The notes under the pieces are model-generated. The model did not search any database and had not been told where the DNA came from. It worked only from the letters and a program-made list of their open reading frames with translations. A stretch of DNA of 64,000 bases, taken from Chiloscyllium plagiosum. Lineage: Eukaryota. The stretch is taken from contig NC_057718.1 in assembly GCF_004010195.1 (NCBI RefSeq), forward strand, positions 18,375,689 to 18,439,688. The letters are read 5' to 3'. Positions 51,190 through 62,589 of the stretch are shown in pieces (the first letter of the stretch is position 1; each line of letters starts with the position of its first letter). The translations under genes and the position numbers were made by a program.

Positions 51190-51590
51190 GTAGATTTGCA
51201 AATAGGTCTTTACAACCACTGGATATCCCAAAACCCTCTACATGTTTTTTAAGTGTAGTCACTGTTGTAATATTGGAAATGCAACTGTCGATTTGTGTGA
51301 ACTCCTGCAAATGCAATGTGAAAATTTTCAGATAATGTTATGACGCTGATTGAGGATTAAATATTGAGACAGTCAACTTCCCTGCGGTTCTTAGAAATAG
51401 CATCATTGTAATCTTTTGCAGCTGTCTGAGTGGACATGGTCTCACGGAATGTTTCATGCAAATAACAGCACTCCCTCAGTACTGCACAAGGTAGTCAGGC
51501 TAGGAACTTATGTGCAACTCTTAGCATGTGCAAGGCAACAACTTTCAGACTTAGCGGAGAGAGCGCTGTCCGCTGCCAAGAAACAGTTGA
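51190..51590 (-). mobile_element. Deu-domain SINE (SacSINE1-like), degenerate
   Basis: aagtgtagtcactgttgtaat...gcaatgtga...cagataat...gattaaatattg...gcactccctcagtactgcac. Confidence 0.6.
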
Positions 51591-52667
51591 CACTTTATTT
51601 TAATTTTCACTTAAGCTTATGTTGAAAGCTGGTTGAAACAAAAAAAACATTTTTTTTATCTTTTACTGATGGGGAAATCTCTACATATGTCACTCCCCCT
51701 TTGCTAAGAATTCCCAAACCAAGTGTAAATATTTCAAACAAATACCGTGATCCAGCAATGACATGTTTCATATTTCTCTGCTTCGATTTTTAATATTCTG
51801 TCACTTTGCTGCCAAATGTCATTTACACACAACAGCACCTTTCTGGAATAAGCCACTGTCTGAAATCTGTTTTCCCTCAGTTCTGGAGTTGTTTTTGTTT
51901 AAATTGAATTGCCACATGAGTGATGAGCTAGCCAGTGTGCTGCGAGCATTTGTCAAACTGGCAATTCACATTTCGCCTCACCAGGAGTTACAATCTCAAC
52001 AGAATCTTCATCCAGACCCTATGTTTCTAAGCAAGTTATTCAAGCAAATTCTCAGAATTCCGACAGCATTTGTGATTTCTTCTGCAATCCTCACTGCTAT
52101 GTTTTTGCCTCCGTGCAGAGACTTGTGATTGTAATTTTTGCAGGTGTGACTGATCCCCAGCAACTCCACACCCCTCTTCCTAAAGCATTGACTTACACCT
52201 TGGTGCTGATGCAGGACTATTGGAAAACAAGTACAAGTCTTGGAGGACTATTTCCCCATTTGGCTCAAACGTCAGTTGTGCCACTTGTACCGCCCCAACT
52301 GAGAAACATTACCAACATAGATTCTAGAATATTCCTAATCTCGGAGCGAAATTGCAACCATATCCATCCAAATGGAAAGGAGTGAGAGGATCTGTAAAAT
52401 CTCACAAAGCCTGCCCATGCTGGAATTTTATCAGCAAACAGGGAGAAACCAGCAGACCTCACTATCCATGTGCTAAGTGAAGCTCTTAATTGGTAAATTG
52501 ATGACTATTTAAAGGCCTTTCCCTGCCTCTGCTAACATGTCACCTGTGGCAGGAGACACCCTTACACTGAGCAGCTCTCACTGTGTGCCCTGGCAACAGG
52601 TTGATGTCTACTTAATGGTTCCCTAGGTGCTGTCAAGAACCTAATAGGACAAGGGTTTGCGATTTTT

Positions 52668-52955
52668 AAGAAGATTTGTAGCTCAAGTTGAGGGTCATGT
52701 TGTAAGTTTGCTCACTGAGCTGGTAGATTTGTACTCAGGCATTTCATTACCATCCTAGGTAACATCAACAGTGAACCACTGTTGAAGCACTGGTGTTCTG
52801 CCCCCTTTCTATTTATGTGTCTTGGTCTGTTGAGGTGGGTGGAAGCATTTCTGGTTCATTTCTGGTTCATGTAAATGGGATCTAAATCGATGTGTTGATT
52901 GATGGAGTCCCAGTTTGAATGCCAGCCCTCTAGGAATTCCCATTCTTATCTCTGT
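52668..52955 (-). mobile_element. Penelope/Poseidon-like PLE 3' end with decayed hammerhead (family D)
   Basis: EFLEGWHSNWDSINQHIDLDPIY; minus strand TCA-CTGTTGA-T-GTTACC-TAGGAT-GGTAAT-GAAA-TG-CC-TGA (52735-52774). Confidence 0.8.
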
Positions 52956-55900
52956 TCAGACAAGGGTGCTTACTGGTAATTAAGTTCCAGTACGCTACCA
53001 GCCCTCACAAACGTAGAAATGGCCACATGAATCATTAAGACGGTTGATTTTCCTGACTTTGGCTATATTCAGGGCAAAAGAAAACACAGCAGATTTTGTC
53101 AATGATCAAACAAACTTATAATAAACAAATTTATTGTTTGTCAAATAGCAAAATACAAGGTGCAAACATAAATCATATCTCCATCAAATCCAAATATGCA
53201 CGTACTAATGCAAAACCAAGACAAAACACACAGCCCAACAGAAATATCATTGTTAGAAAACATAAGCAAAAAGACATACGTTCTGTGGAGCAAGTATCCA
53301 AACTGAAGAGTGGAATGAGGTGGCTTTCTTACAGTTTCTCTATTGTTTAGTCATGATGTGATATTGCACTTGACTGCAGAGTGATAGAACAAACTCAATT
53401 CAATAGCTGGTCAGTTGGACCTTGGTCTTTGTTTGAGTTAGAAGTTTCTCAGTACAGAATTTTTGATTGTTGATTTCTTCCAGAAGGAGAGAAGGAAAGT
53501 GAAAAAGAGAGAGATTTGTCTTTACCTGTAGGACTTCTGGAAGTCTGAGTGCAAAAGCCCAATCTCTATGCTATGACAAAATGCTTCTTAAAAATTCAAA
53601 AGATTTGTCCTCGGCAGCTTTCCACTTAAAATCACCTGTTTCCAGCATGCCTCACAAAGTATCGAACCCAGTTTCTCCAAAAGTTCCATGATCGAGTGTA
53701 ACCATTAAGTGAACAGTAGTTATACTGTAGTTACCTTTAAACTGTGAAAAACATACTTGGCATGTTTTCCGTAACACATTGGTGTACAGACGTTAACTTC
53801 TCCTGGCTTATATTCCAAAAAGATGTAGCCTTTAGAGTCCATGGATGAGTTGGACCCAAGGGCCTATTTCCACACTGTGTTACTCTATGACTCTGTGACA
53901 CTTAGGTGCTCCCCCTAATCTCTCCTTCCCCATCAATTCCCCTCCTCTTGGTCTATCTACTCTATTTCTTGTCTGACCCCTCCCCTACCTATCTCATCAG
54001 CGGCATCTACTGTAACCTCAATGATAATATTCCCACTCGCACAATGCCCCCTTCACACCCCTTATACTTCACTCTGAATTTGGCAACTTAACATTGCAGA
54101 TTGTTGCTGTCCAAGAAGTAACCACCTCTCTTAATGACACTGTCAGGAAAAAAGACCTTTCACGCAATTGATTAATCTTCAATTCTCTCAGGCAGGAATT
54201 ATTGCTGAAGTGGAGGTGCAGTCCCATCCTGACCAATTAATGCTGTTCCCAGAGTTTGAGTAGGAATGGGCCGGACACAACCTTTTAACCTTTTAACCAG
54301 AGAGGTGGATACAGATCTCAGTATCCCATCTTTATGTATCTAAATGCTAAACCGGGTTTTCTAATCATTAATCCATCATGCAGGGAGTCTTTCCATCACT
54401 CCATTGGTGACATTGTGGTCTTGAATTCCCTCCTTAACCATACTGCCTTTCCTTCTTTCTTCCTTTAAGATTCTCTTTAAAACTGCATCTCTTTGACCAA
54501 GCTTTTGGCCATCTGTTCCAAGATCTCACTACATGCCTCAATGTCACATAATTGATAATGTCCTTGATGTGTTAAAGCTACTATAGTAATGCAAGTTGTT
54601 TTTGCAAACACCATCTCCCCAGAAATACTTTAAAATATTTCACACTTTCAAGAGAATGTTCAAATCTACATTCATACAATCCAATGCCTAAAATATAGAG
54701 CGACACTTTTAGTACATTGTCCACCAGATCAGTCATTTTGATAAGACTCTTGGTAACCCTGTCTTCATAACAGCCTAAGAAGTAGGAGTGAGGGTTGGTC
54801 ATATGGTCCCTCAAACATTTTTTGGAATTCAGCAAGATGATGGCTGATCTTCTATTTTGGCCATAAAAGCCCCAGATTCCTGATTCCCAAAAATCTATTC
54901 ATGTCAATCATTGCAACAGCCAGGCACCTCCAGCTCACTGAGGTGAGCAATTCCAAAGACTCCCAATCCCCAGAATGAGGAAATTCCTCCTCATTCTCTG
55001 TCCAAATGGCTAGCACTGTATCCCGAGAGCATGTTGTCTCATTTTAGCATCCTCTCAGTCAAGCAATTTCATAGGTTTCAATGTGATCGCATCCCATTCT
55101 TCTGAGGATAAAGGCTTATTCTAGACAATTTTGCCGCATGGGGCAATCATCTCAACCCAGGAATAAATAAGGCTGGTTACCCCACGATGGAGGCATCACA
55201 ACTGATCTATGTCCATCTCCCAACAGGCTATTGGTCAACAAGGAAGTTGCTGGATAACAATGTGGTTAAGATTCCAAGGGAGGAATCTTTCCCTGGATGC
55301 TTCAGCTGGAAATCTGTGGAAAACTTGGAGAAATAGTGGATGATGAGAAGAGCCTTCCAACCCCCCTCTAATGTCCTTCTAAGAAGCAGGCTGGTTCTGC
55401 AGCAACAAAACACCGTGTCTTCTCACAGCTGCCTTTAAGCTGAATCAATTCAGTTTGCCATGAGTGAATGAATAAATGAATGCAGCTGTTTTTATTTTGA
55501 AGATCAGTTGTCACACGTGTATAGGTGTATAAACCACTTCGAGTGAGATGCAGTGAAATAGCTCCTGTTTGAGGTTTGTGAGGCATTTATCACCTTTCAT
55601 TTTAAATAGGAACATTTCCACTTTTTGTTGCTGTTCACTGATCTCTCTGGCTGCTTGGAAAGTGGGAAGTTTGTCTTTTTACTGCTGCTTTACTAGCCCA
55701 GTGATTTTCAAATACTTTCAGTGATGAATCACTCTAGGTAGGGAGAAACAGGCTACCTGCTGATTCCATCACTCACTTTGACCCACCACCACAAATTAAA
55801 ACCTTATCCGGAATGTAATACATTAGTGTGCATTATATTTTTAATTAACAACAGCTTAAACATTTTCATACTACACATATTAATTACAGTGAAAACACAT

Positions 55901-56334
55901 TTATTTGCAACATTCTAATATGTGTTCTGTAATTGTCACAATAATCTTCTGAGAAATTAATATTTATTTTACATCTTTTACATTTTTCCAGGCATCTCTG
56001 AAGACAGGATTAGTCCTGGGGGACTGGAGGATTGCAAATATAATACTGTTATTTAAGAAAAGGGTGAAATGATGATCCAGGAAACTACAGGCCTGTCAGC
56101 TTGACTTCAATAGTGGGAAAACTGATGGAGACCGTAATACAGCATTAGGTAAATATATACTTAGAGAAAAATGAGTTAAAACTAGTCAATCAACATGGCT
56201 TTGTCAAGGGGAGGTCATATCTGATAAATTGAATTGAGTTCTTTGATGAGGTGACATAGGCAATAGATGAGGGTAGTGCTGTGGATGTTGCATATTTGGA
56301 CTTTCAGAAAGCATTTGATATAGTGCCATGCAGA

Positions 56335-56650
56335 CGAATAGCAACATGAATTCGACTGGGACAACACTACCATTATAGGACAAGCCAAACAAAGAACAGC
56401 CAGTCCTAGAAGCATGGCACTCATCCACAAACTCCATCAACAAAAACATCGACCTGGACCCAATATACTGGCCACTACAGCGGACAGCTGAAACTGACAA
56501 CCGGAAGCGGCAGGGACAGGCCACTATAAATGCCGGAGGAAACACCACAGAAGCGCTTCACAGGAGGCTCCCAAGCACTGAGGATGCCACCTAGACAGGG
56601 GACGAAACGTCTGCAACACAAATTCCCAGCTCGGCGAACAGAACCACAAC
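56335..56650 (+). mobile_element. Young Penelope/Poseidon-like PLE 3' end (family D)
   Basis: QHEFDWDNTTIIGQAKQRTA..LEAWHSSTNSINKNIDLDPIY; CpG-rich terminal repeat ending gctcggcgaacagaaccacaac. Confidence 0.9.
56575..56614 (+). ncRNA. Minimal type I hammerhead ribozyme motif, intact core
   Basis: GCA-CUGAGGA-U-GCCACCU-AGAC-AGGGGAC-GAAA-CG-UC^UGC; 3-bp stem I GCA/UGC; predicted cleavage after 56611. Confidence 0.75.
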
Positions 56651-56846
56651 AAATCATCAGATGCTTTTCCAATCAGCAGGTGATATTCAACAAAGTGAAA
56701 GTCAAAGAATGCTTCTAGCGTTCGAGGGACGAACAACAAAAATGTAAAACGTAAGATTGTGAACCTCATCGCCAAAAGGCTTAAGAGGGCGGAACAGAAG
56801 AAAACGGATTAAACGAGACTTAATAAGTGAACAAAAAACAGTTCTT

Positions 56847-57145
56847 ACTAGAGGGAATAGGTTTAGGGTGAGAGGGGAAAGATATAAAAGAGACCTAAGG
56901 GGCAACTTTTTCACGCAGAGGGTGGTACGTGTATGGAATGAGTTGCCAGAGGAAGTGGTGGAGGCTGGTACAATTGCAACATTTATGAGGCATTTGGAAG
57001 GGTATATGAATAGGAAGTGTTTGGAGGGATATGGGCCGGGTGCTGGCAGGTGGGACTAGATTGGATTGGGATATCTGGTCAGCATGGACGGGTTGGATCG
57101 AAGGGTCTGTTTCTATGCTGTAGATCTCTATGACTCTATGACTCT
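56847..57145 (+). mobile_element. Young CR1 3' end
   Basis: RGERYKRDLRGNFFTQRVVRVWNELPEEVVEAG; (ctctatga)n tail. Confidence 0.92.
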
Positions 57146-57296
57146 AAGCACCATATTTGAGGAAAGATGTTAAAGCCCTAGGTGGGACTAGATTGGATTG
57201 GGATATCTGGTCAGCATGGACGGGTTGGATCGAAGGGTCTGTTTCTATGACTCTATGACTCTAAGCACCATATTTGAGGAAAGATGTTAAAGCCCT
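57048..57296. repeat. Tandem duplication (132 bp + 117 bp) across a CR1 insertion junction
   Basis: 57048-57179 matches 57180-57296 except for a 15-bp deletion in the second copy. Confidence 0.9.
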
Positions 57297-58444
57297 GCAG
57301 GGAGTGCAAAGGAGAGTTACTAAAATGATGCCAGGAATGGGGGATTTTAGAGAAAAGTAAATATTAGAGAAATTGGACTCCCTTGGAACTGAGAGGATTT
57401 AGATGTGATGTTATTGAGGTGTTCAATATTATAACCATCTTTGACAGTGTAAAAAACTATATCATTTTTCCAATCGCTGCTATGTCAGCAACTAGGGGTC
57501 ACAATTTCGAGATTGCCAGCAGGAGACCTAGGAGTGAGATGAAGAGAAACTTCCTCACTCAGGGATTGTTGGGATTTGGAATGCACTGTCTGGGAGAGTG
57601 GTGGAGATGGATTCCATGGGAGGTTCAAAGAGAGCTGGATATATATTTGCAAGTAATTAATTTGGAGGGCTACGGAGATAGGGCTGAGAATGGGACTAGC
57701 TGGGTAGCTCTTTCAGGATCTGTTACAGAAATGAAAGATCAAATGATCTCCTTCTGGACTGCAAAATTCTATGGTTCTATGATCTGCATTAATTAACCAA
57801 AATCACCAAGAACCTAAATCTGGCCCTGTATAACTACACAGCTGTCTCTCACACACTTCTGAAACCTGTGCCATGTGCACAGGACCTCATGTGGCTCTGT
57901 GACATCATGTAAATGATGGGGATGAGGGCTTTGGCCTGTTTCCAGCTATGGCCTTGACTGTGTTATGGAATATCATTCAATTGGGATTTCGGCTAAGCAC
58001 TTCACAGCCTCACAGACCACTCTTTGGTGCTCACTTTGCAAGATGGTTGAGCAGCTGTCAACATGGGTGCACATTGCATGATGAATTCATCTGATAACAG
58101 TAGACAGGCATGTATAGGGTTACTAGCATCCACCTGCAGACCAGTTATCATGTAAGGTCCACGGAAGCAGCTCAAGATGTTGTGAAGCCAGAGGCAAAAT
58201 GAAGGGATGCCAGGCTACGTAGATTCAATAATTCAATATAAAATTAGAAGTAATTTATCTTATCAATAGTGCACTAGTCTATATAGTATTTTTGACCGAG
58301 GGAATATGCCAAAGTGCTGCAGATGTGTAATCAAAAAATAAAGAGTGTAATTGGAAAGTGAGGTGGCCAAAGCTTCTTCAAGAACTTAGCCAGGTCTCAA
58401 CTACAATGCTTTAGCTCGATTTTACAGAGTGATTGTTTTGAGAT

Positions 58445-58557
58445 ATGGAAATGTGTTGCTGGAGAAGCGCAGCAGCTAGATGCTGCCTGACCTGCTGCGC
58501 TTCTCCAGCAACACATTTCCATCTCTGATCTCCAGCATCTGCAGACCTCATTTTCTC
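58445..58557. mobile_element. Fold-back mini-PLE tail (family A-related), no ribozyme core
   Basis: Perfect 31-bp inverted repeat 58445-58475 / 58492-58522; 15-bp TSD gattgttttgagata (58431-45, 58564-78). Confidence 0.9.
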
Positions 58558-58625
58558 TTCAAAGATTGTTTTGAGATACATTGTTTGACTTGTGAAAGTG
58601 AACAAAGACCTCTGCAGTGTGTTAC

Positions 58626-58981
58626 ATAGAAACATAGAATCCCTACAGTGCAGAAGCAGGCCATTTAGCCCATTGAGTCCATACCAACCTCTCATAAGAG
58701 CATCTCACTTAGACCCACCACATCGCTGTAACCCTGCATTTCCCATGACCAATCCATCTAGCCTGCATATCATTGGACACTATGGGCAATTTCTCATGAC
58801 TAGTCCACCTAACCTGTACATCTTTGGACTGTGGGCGGAAACTAGAGTACCCAGAGCAAACCCACACAGACACAGGGAGAATGTGCAAATTCCACACAGA
58901 CAGTCGCCCAAGGGTGGAATCGAACCCGGTCCTTGGCATTGTGAGGTCGCAGTTCTAACCACCGAGCCACCCTGCTGCCCC
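58626..58981 (-). mobile_element. HE1-like V-SINE, full length
   Basis: Minus strand GGGGCAGCAGGGTGGCTCGGTGGTTAGAACTGCGACCTCACAATGCCAAGGACCGGGTTCGATTCC. Confidence 0.9.
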
Positions 58982-59008
58982 AAGCACATGGTTGGAAGCC
59001 TACAGATC

Positions 59009-59082
59009 TGGTCAGTATGGGGATTGAATCTGTGATCTTAGCATTATTAGCAGCACGCTCTACCCATCTGACCAATTCGACT
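59009..59082 (-). pseudogene. tRNA-Ile(AAT) pseudogene or tRNA-Ile-derived SINE head
   Basis: Minus strand TGGTCAGATGGGTAGAGCGTGCTGCT-AAT-AATGCTAAGATCACAGATTCAATCCCCATACTGACCA aligns to vertebrate tRNA-Ile-AAT recalled from memory; differences are mostly transitions/CpG decay; acceptor stem broken. Confidence 0.75.
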
Positions 59083-60389
59083 AGCAAGCCCAAAGCATTG
59101 GAATACGTCTAGAATGGTCTCTCATTTCCTTTCTTTCACGTACCACTGTCTTGGTGAAGCTAATGAAACAGTCAAGGCTGACAGGTTCAACTTGCTTAGA
59201 TAATCATGAAGAGCAGTTCTAAAACCCATACGTGGCACGGGAAGGTAATATATAGATACAGGTTAATTGGAAGTTCAACTGATTGGTAATCTTGTTTTTT
59301 TTTAAATTTAAAGTGGACACATTCCCCTGCAAACATTTACAGGGGTGGACATCACTGTCAATCGTATTTCAACCAAGTTTAATTATATGGAGGCACCTGA
59401 CATTAATTGGAGCGTCACAGGAACAGATATACAAAAGCATTGATTGAAACTGGAACACATTCAAGATAGGAGCTGTGCACTTGTAAATAAATGTCTGACT
59501 GAATAAAGACAGGCTCCAGTACTATCTATCACCACTAGGACCTTCTTGAAAAGGTAGACAGCACTTGCTTCTCCCATTTCCCATCCTGCAGGCTGCTACA
59601 GGGCAATTTGCTTTTTCTTGCTGCTTTGAAGGGAATCGTGTTACCCCTTGCTTCCTGAAACACATCTCATGGCTGGACTGACATATGGTGCTTGTGGGAG
59701 TTCATGGATGATTAAATAGCATCATTGCATTCTTAGAGACTGTTTAATAGTGCATTGATTATAATGCATCTAACCTCCAAAGAAGTGTGGCGAATAAAGG
59801 TGCCCTAAGTAAAGGGGAATCAATAATTCTTTCAGCTTTATTTAAGATATAAATCAGTGCGCTGAGTGTAAAGGTGATTATTATGGAACAATATTCAGGA
59901 CTTTAACTGATGCTATATTATAGTATCACAGTGTTGGTGTCACAGGGATGATAATCCAGAGGCCTAAGCTAATGGCATTAGAGCAATGATTCAAGTCATT
60001 AATTGATCACTTAAGGGCCTCAACTGGCCCAAAGGCAGGCAAACAACCTGCTCATTTCCTCTCTTGGCAACTGGTAAATGCATGGTCCCCCTCCCATAAC
60101 AATTAGACTGCTAGCCTCCATTTTGGGGGAGTGGAGGGAGGGTTTCAAAATTCTAGTCACCATCAGTTATTAAGTAACAAGGGACATGGTAACATGAAAC
60201 ATACCCTGCATCATTCTATATAAGATTTGTTACATTACACAATGCAAAGTATTGCCACTGCTGCTTGTAGGCACTCTTACCAGATCTGCTGTCATAGTAT
60301 AGCAGGCTTCTCTGTCTTGTAATAAATTTGATAAATTTTGTTACATATCCCATTCCAGAGCTTTTCTCTGTGCATTTATTTTTGTATCG

Positions 60390-60745
60390 CAAATTGTCAA
60401 CTCCAGTGACCATCATTGTTTTCATAGCAACTGTCCACATTTTCGTCAACATCTTTACACACCCACCTTAATCATTAGCAAATGCTCTCCGAATTCCATT
60501 ATCCAGATACGTCTACACTGGCCTCCTCCTTCTAGTTTCTCTAATAAAGATCATTATAACTTTTCAGCTCTGATCAACTGGCTGAAATAATGACTTTTTT
60601 TGGTTCTTTTTGCTCTTGTATGTACCTCTGACACGTCTTATGGGTCTGTGTGTGGAATGTTTTGTATATGTTTCAGCATCCACATTTCAAAGGCCTCAAT
60701 TGTCTTTCACAGATCTTTACTTAATGCCCAGGCATCTGAGGCAAA
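60390..60745 (-). mobile_element. Ancient RTE/BovB-like LINE C-terminal remnant
   Basis: DAWALSKDL*KTIEAFEMWMLKHIQNIPHTD..KKSHYFSQLIRAE resembles RTE E.WT....RI.AFEMW..RR.LRI.WT..LRYFGH. Confidence 0.55.
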
Positions 60746-62589
60746 AATAATGTGAATAGTGTGAAGCATCTTATAGGTGTTCCAATTGACACCATCCACT
60801 TCAATCTTCACTCCAGCTTTTCTGTCTGTATTACTTTCGGGTTAGCACTGTTTTATTTTAACCTTTCTGGCATATTACAGTATTACATAAGACAGGGCAT
60901 TTATATCTAGTGTAATTGGTTGTGTGCATACATGTATTTCTGAGTTCACTTGTGTGTGTTTGCCACTGAAGATTCTCCAATGTATCCCTTTGTTCAGACA
61001 GCACAATGGAATCTGATTCGGTATTGTATGCATGACTGTAATAAAATCCAAATTTCTCTTGAACAGGACAGAGAAAAGAATGACCACTTATAAATAAAAA
61101 TGAAACTGCTTGATCTGTATTCACGACATCATTGGTTTTATATAATGATTGGCAGCTGGCCAAAATGGATGGATTAAATGTCAGAGTAACACCTATTTCA
61201 AAATAGAACAGTCACGTTTAAAGATTTGAGACGATAATCTACGTCCTTCAGAAACTGGACAGCATTTTCTGCTTCAGAGCTAATGTCAGTCTGAGTTAGA
61301 CATAAAGGCAGCCCCTTTTCAGACTAGGCTGCATATGAAAAATGCAGTGTTAGATCAAGCTATATGACTAATCATCCAAGGCAGAGTCAATACCACAATT
61401 TAACATAATTTGGATGGATCTATGGGATCCCAGTTGAATAATTGGCTGGTATCTCAGAATATAAAAGCATTGTATCTAGTTCACCTGTCATGCTAAAGTT
61501 ATGCTATTTATGCATATAACCTTGTGTGTTATACCTGGTCAATCCTATTCTTCTTCATAAAGCAACAGCTATTCATAAAGGAGGTATTGTCCAAAACAAG
61601 ATAAGAGGGTGCAACAGCTACCAAAGGAGAATTATGAAGGACATCTGAAAACAGTTCATCAAAGAAAAACAATCAGCCACCAACTAGAAATATAATTGAT
61701 GAGAAACAGAACCATTGGAAACACTAAAAATTTGAGTTTGCAACTTTCTTATCATGACGATTGAGTCATAATACCAGAAATAAAGTTCCTCACACCTAAT
61801 CTAGTCTGATTTTTCTACTCTTTTAAAACAAGCTAAAATTGTTTTGGGGCAAATGATGGCTTTTTATAACAAAAATACAAGATAACGGCAATCAGAAACT
61901 TCTAGAAGGGAACAGAGACCGATCAAATCCAAATAACATTGCCCAGAGTAATGATACACTCCTGCCCTTACAGTGCCCATGGGTCTCAAAAGGCCTCTTT
62001 CATGCCAGTGGACACTATGTGCCCCCTCTTGAGAGATCCAAGTTTGGATGTAACCGTGAAAGAGGGGAAGATTGTCAGGTACAATGACCCTCCATTGCCC
62101 ACTGCCTGGACTTTAGCCAGGCCTGGGAGCAGACCCGAGGAGAAGGCCCCCTGACTCGCTCACCACTCCCAACACAGGGTTTCTGTAAGTCAATAGTGTC
62201 GGGCTGGTGCAACCAAATATTGAGAAGCAGCCCCTTTAGATAGCAAGCGATGAGCTGCAAATGTAAACAATCAACATTAATATGGAAAACAGTTTTTTCC
62301 AGGCCACAAAAACCACTTATTTATTCAGTGATTACTTGGGACTCTTGCAACTCTCTCTATCCCAGATCCCAAATGGAAACAAGGTTATACAATATTGAAC
62401 TTGAATTCAGACACCACCACCGGTTGCCCTGGTGAAATTTAAACTCAGGTCCTCCAGTATATAAACCTGGATTAATCATCAGCGTGGTAGCATTATAAGT
62501 ACACCACATACTGTACACATCAGTTGAGACTGTTGGAATAACTGCAGATAGATAGTCTCAAGCCACCAATCTTCTGATTAACACCTGAA

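Larger units (their letters stand above)
55990..57785 (+). mobile_element. Old CR1 LINE whose central RT is replaced by a composite insertion
   Basis: DWRIANI..., QHGFVKGRS, AVDVAYLDFQKAFDIVP (to ~56330); resumes as APYLRKDVKALQGVQRRVTKMMPG (57148/57265 onward). Confidence 0.85.

Noticed and set aside
52955..53776. Possible solo LTR ending ...ccgtaaca
   Set aside because: Could not define the other terminus or a TSD
58592..59035. 147-aa ORF (and similar ORFs at 10451-10775, 29616-29876, 49323-49518, 63707-63958)
   Set aside because: Chance translations of HE1 SINEs
59009..59082. Functional tRNA-Ile gene
   Set aside because: Acceptor stem and B-box are degraded; treated as a pseudogene
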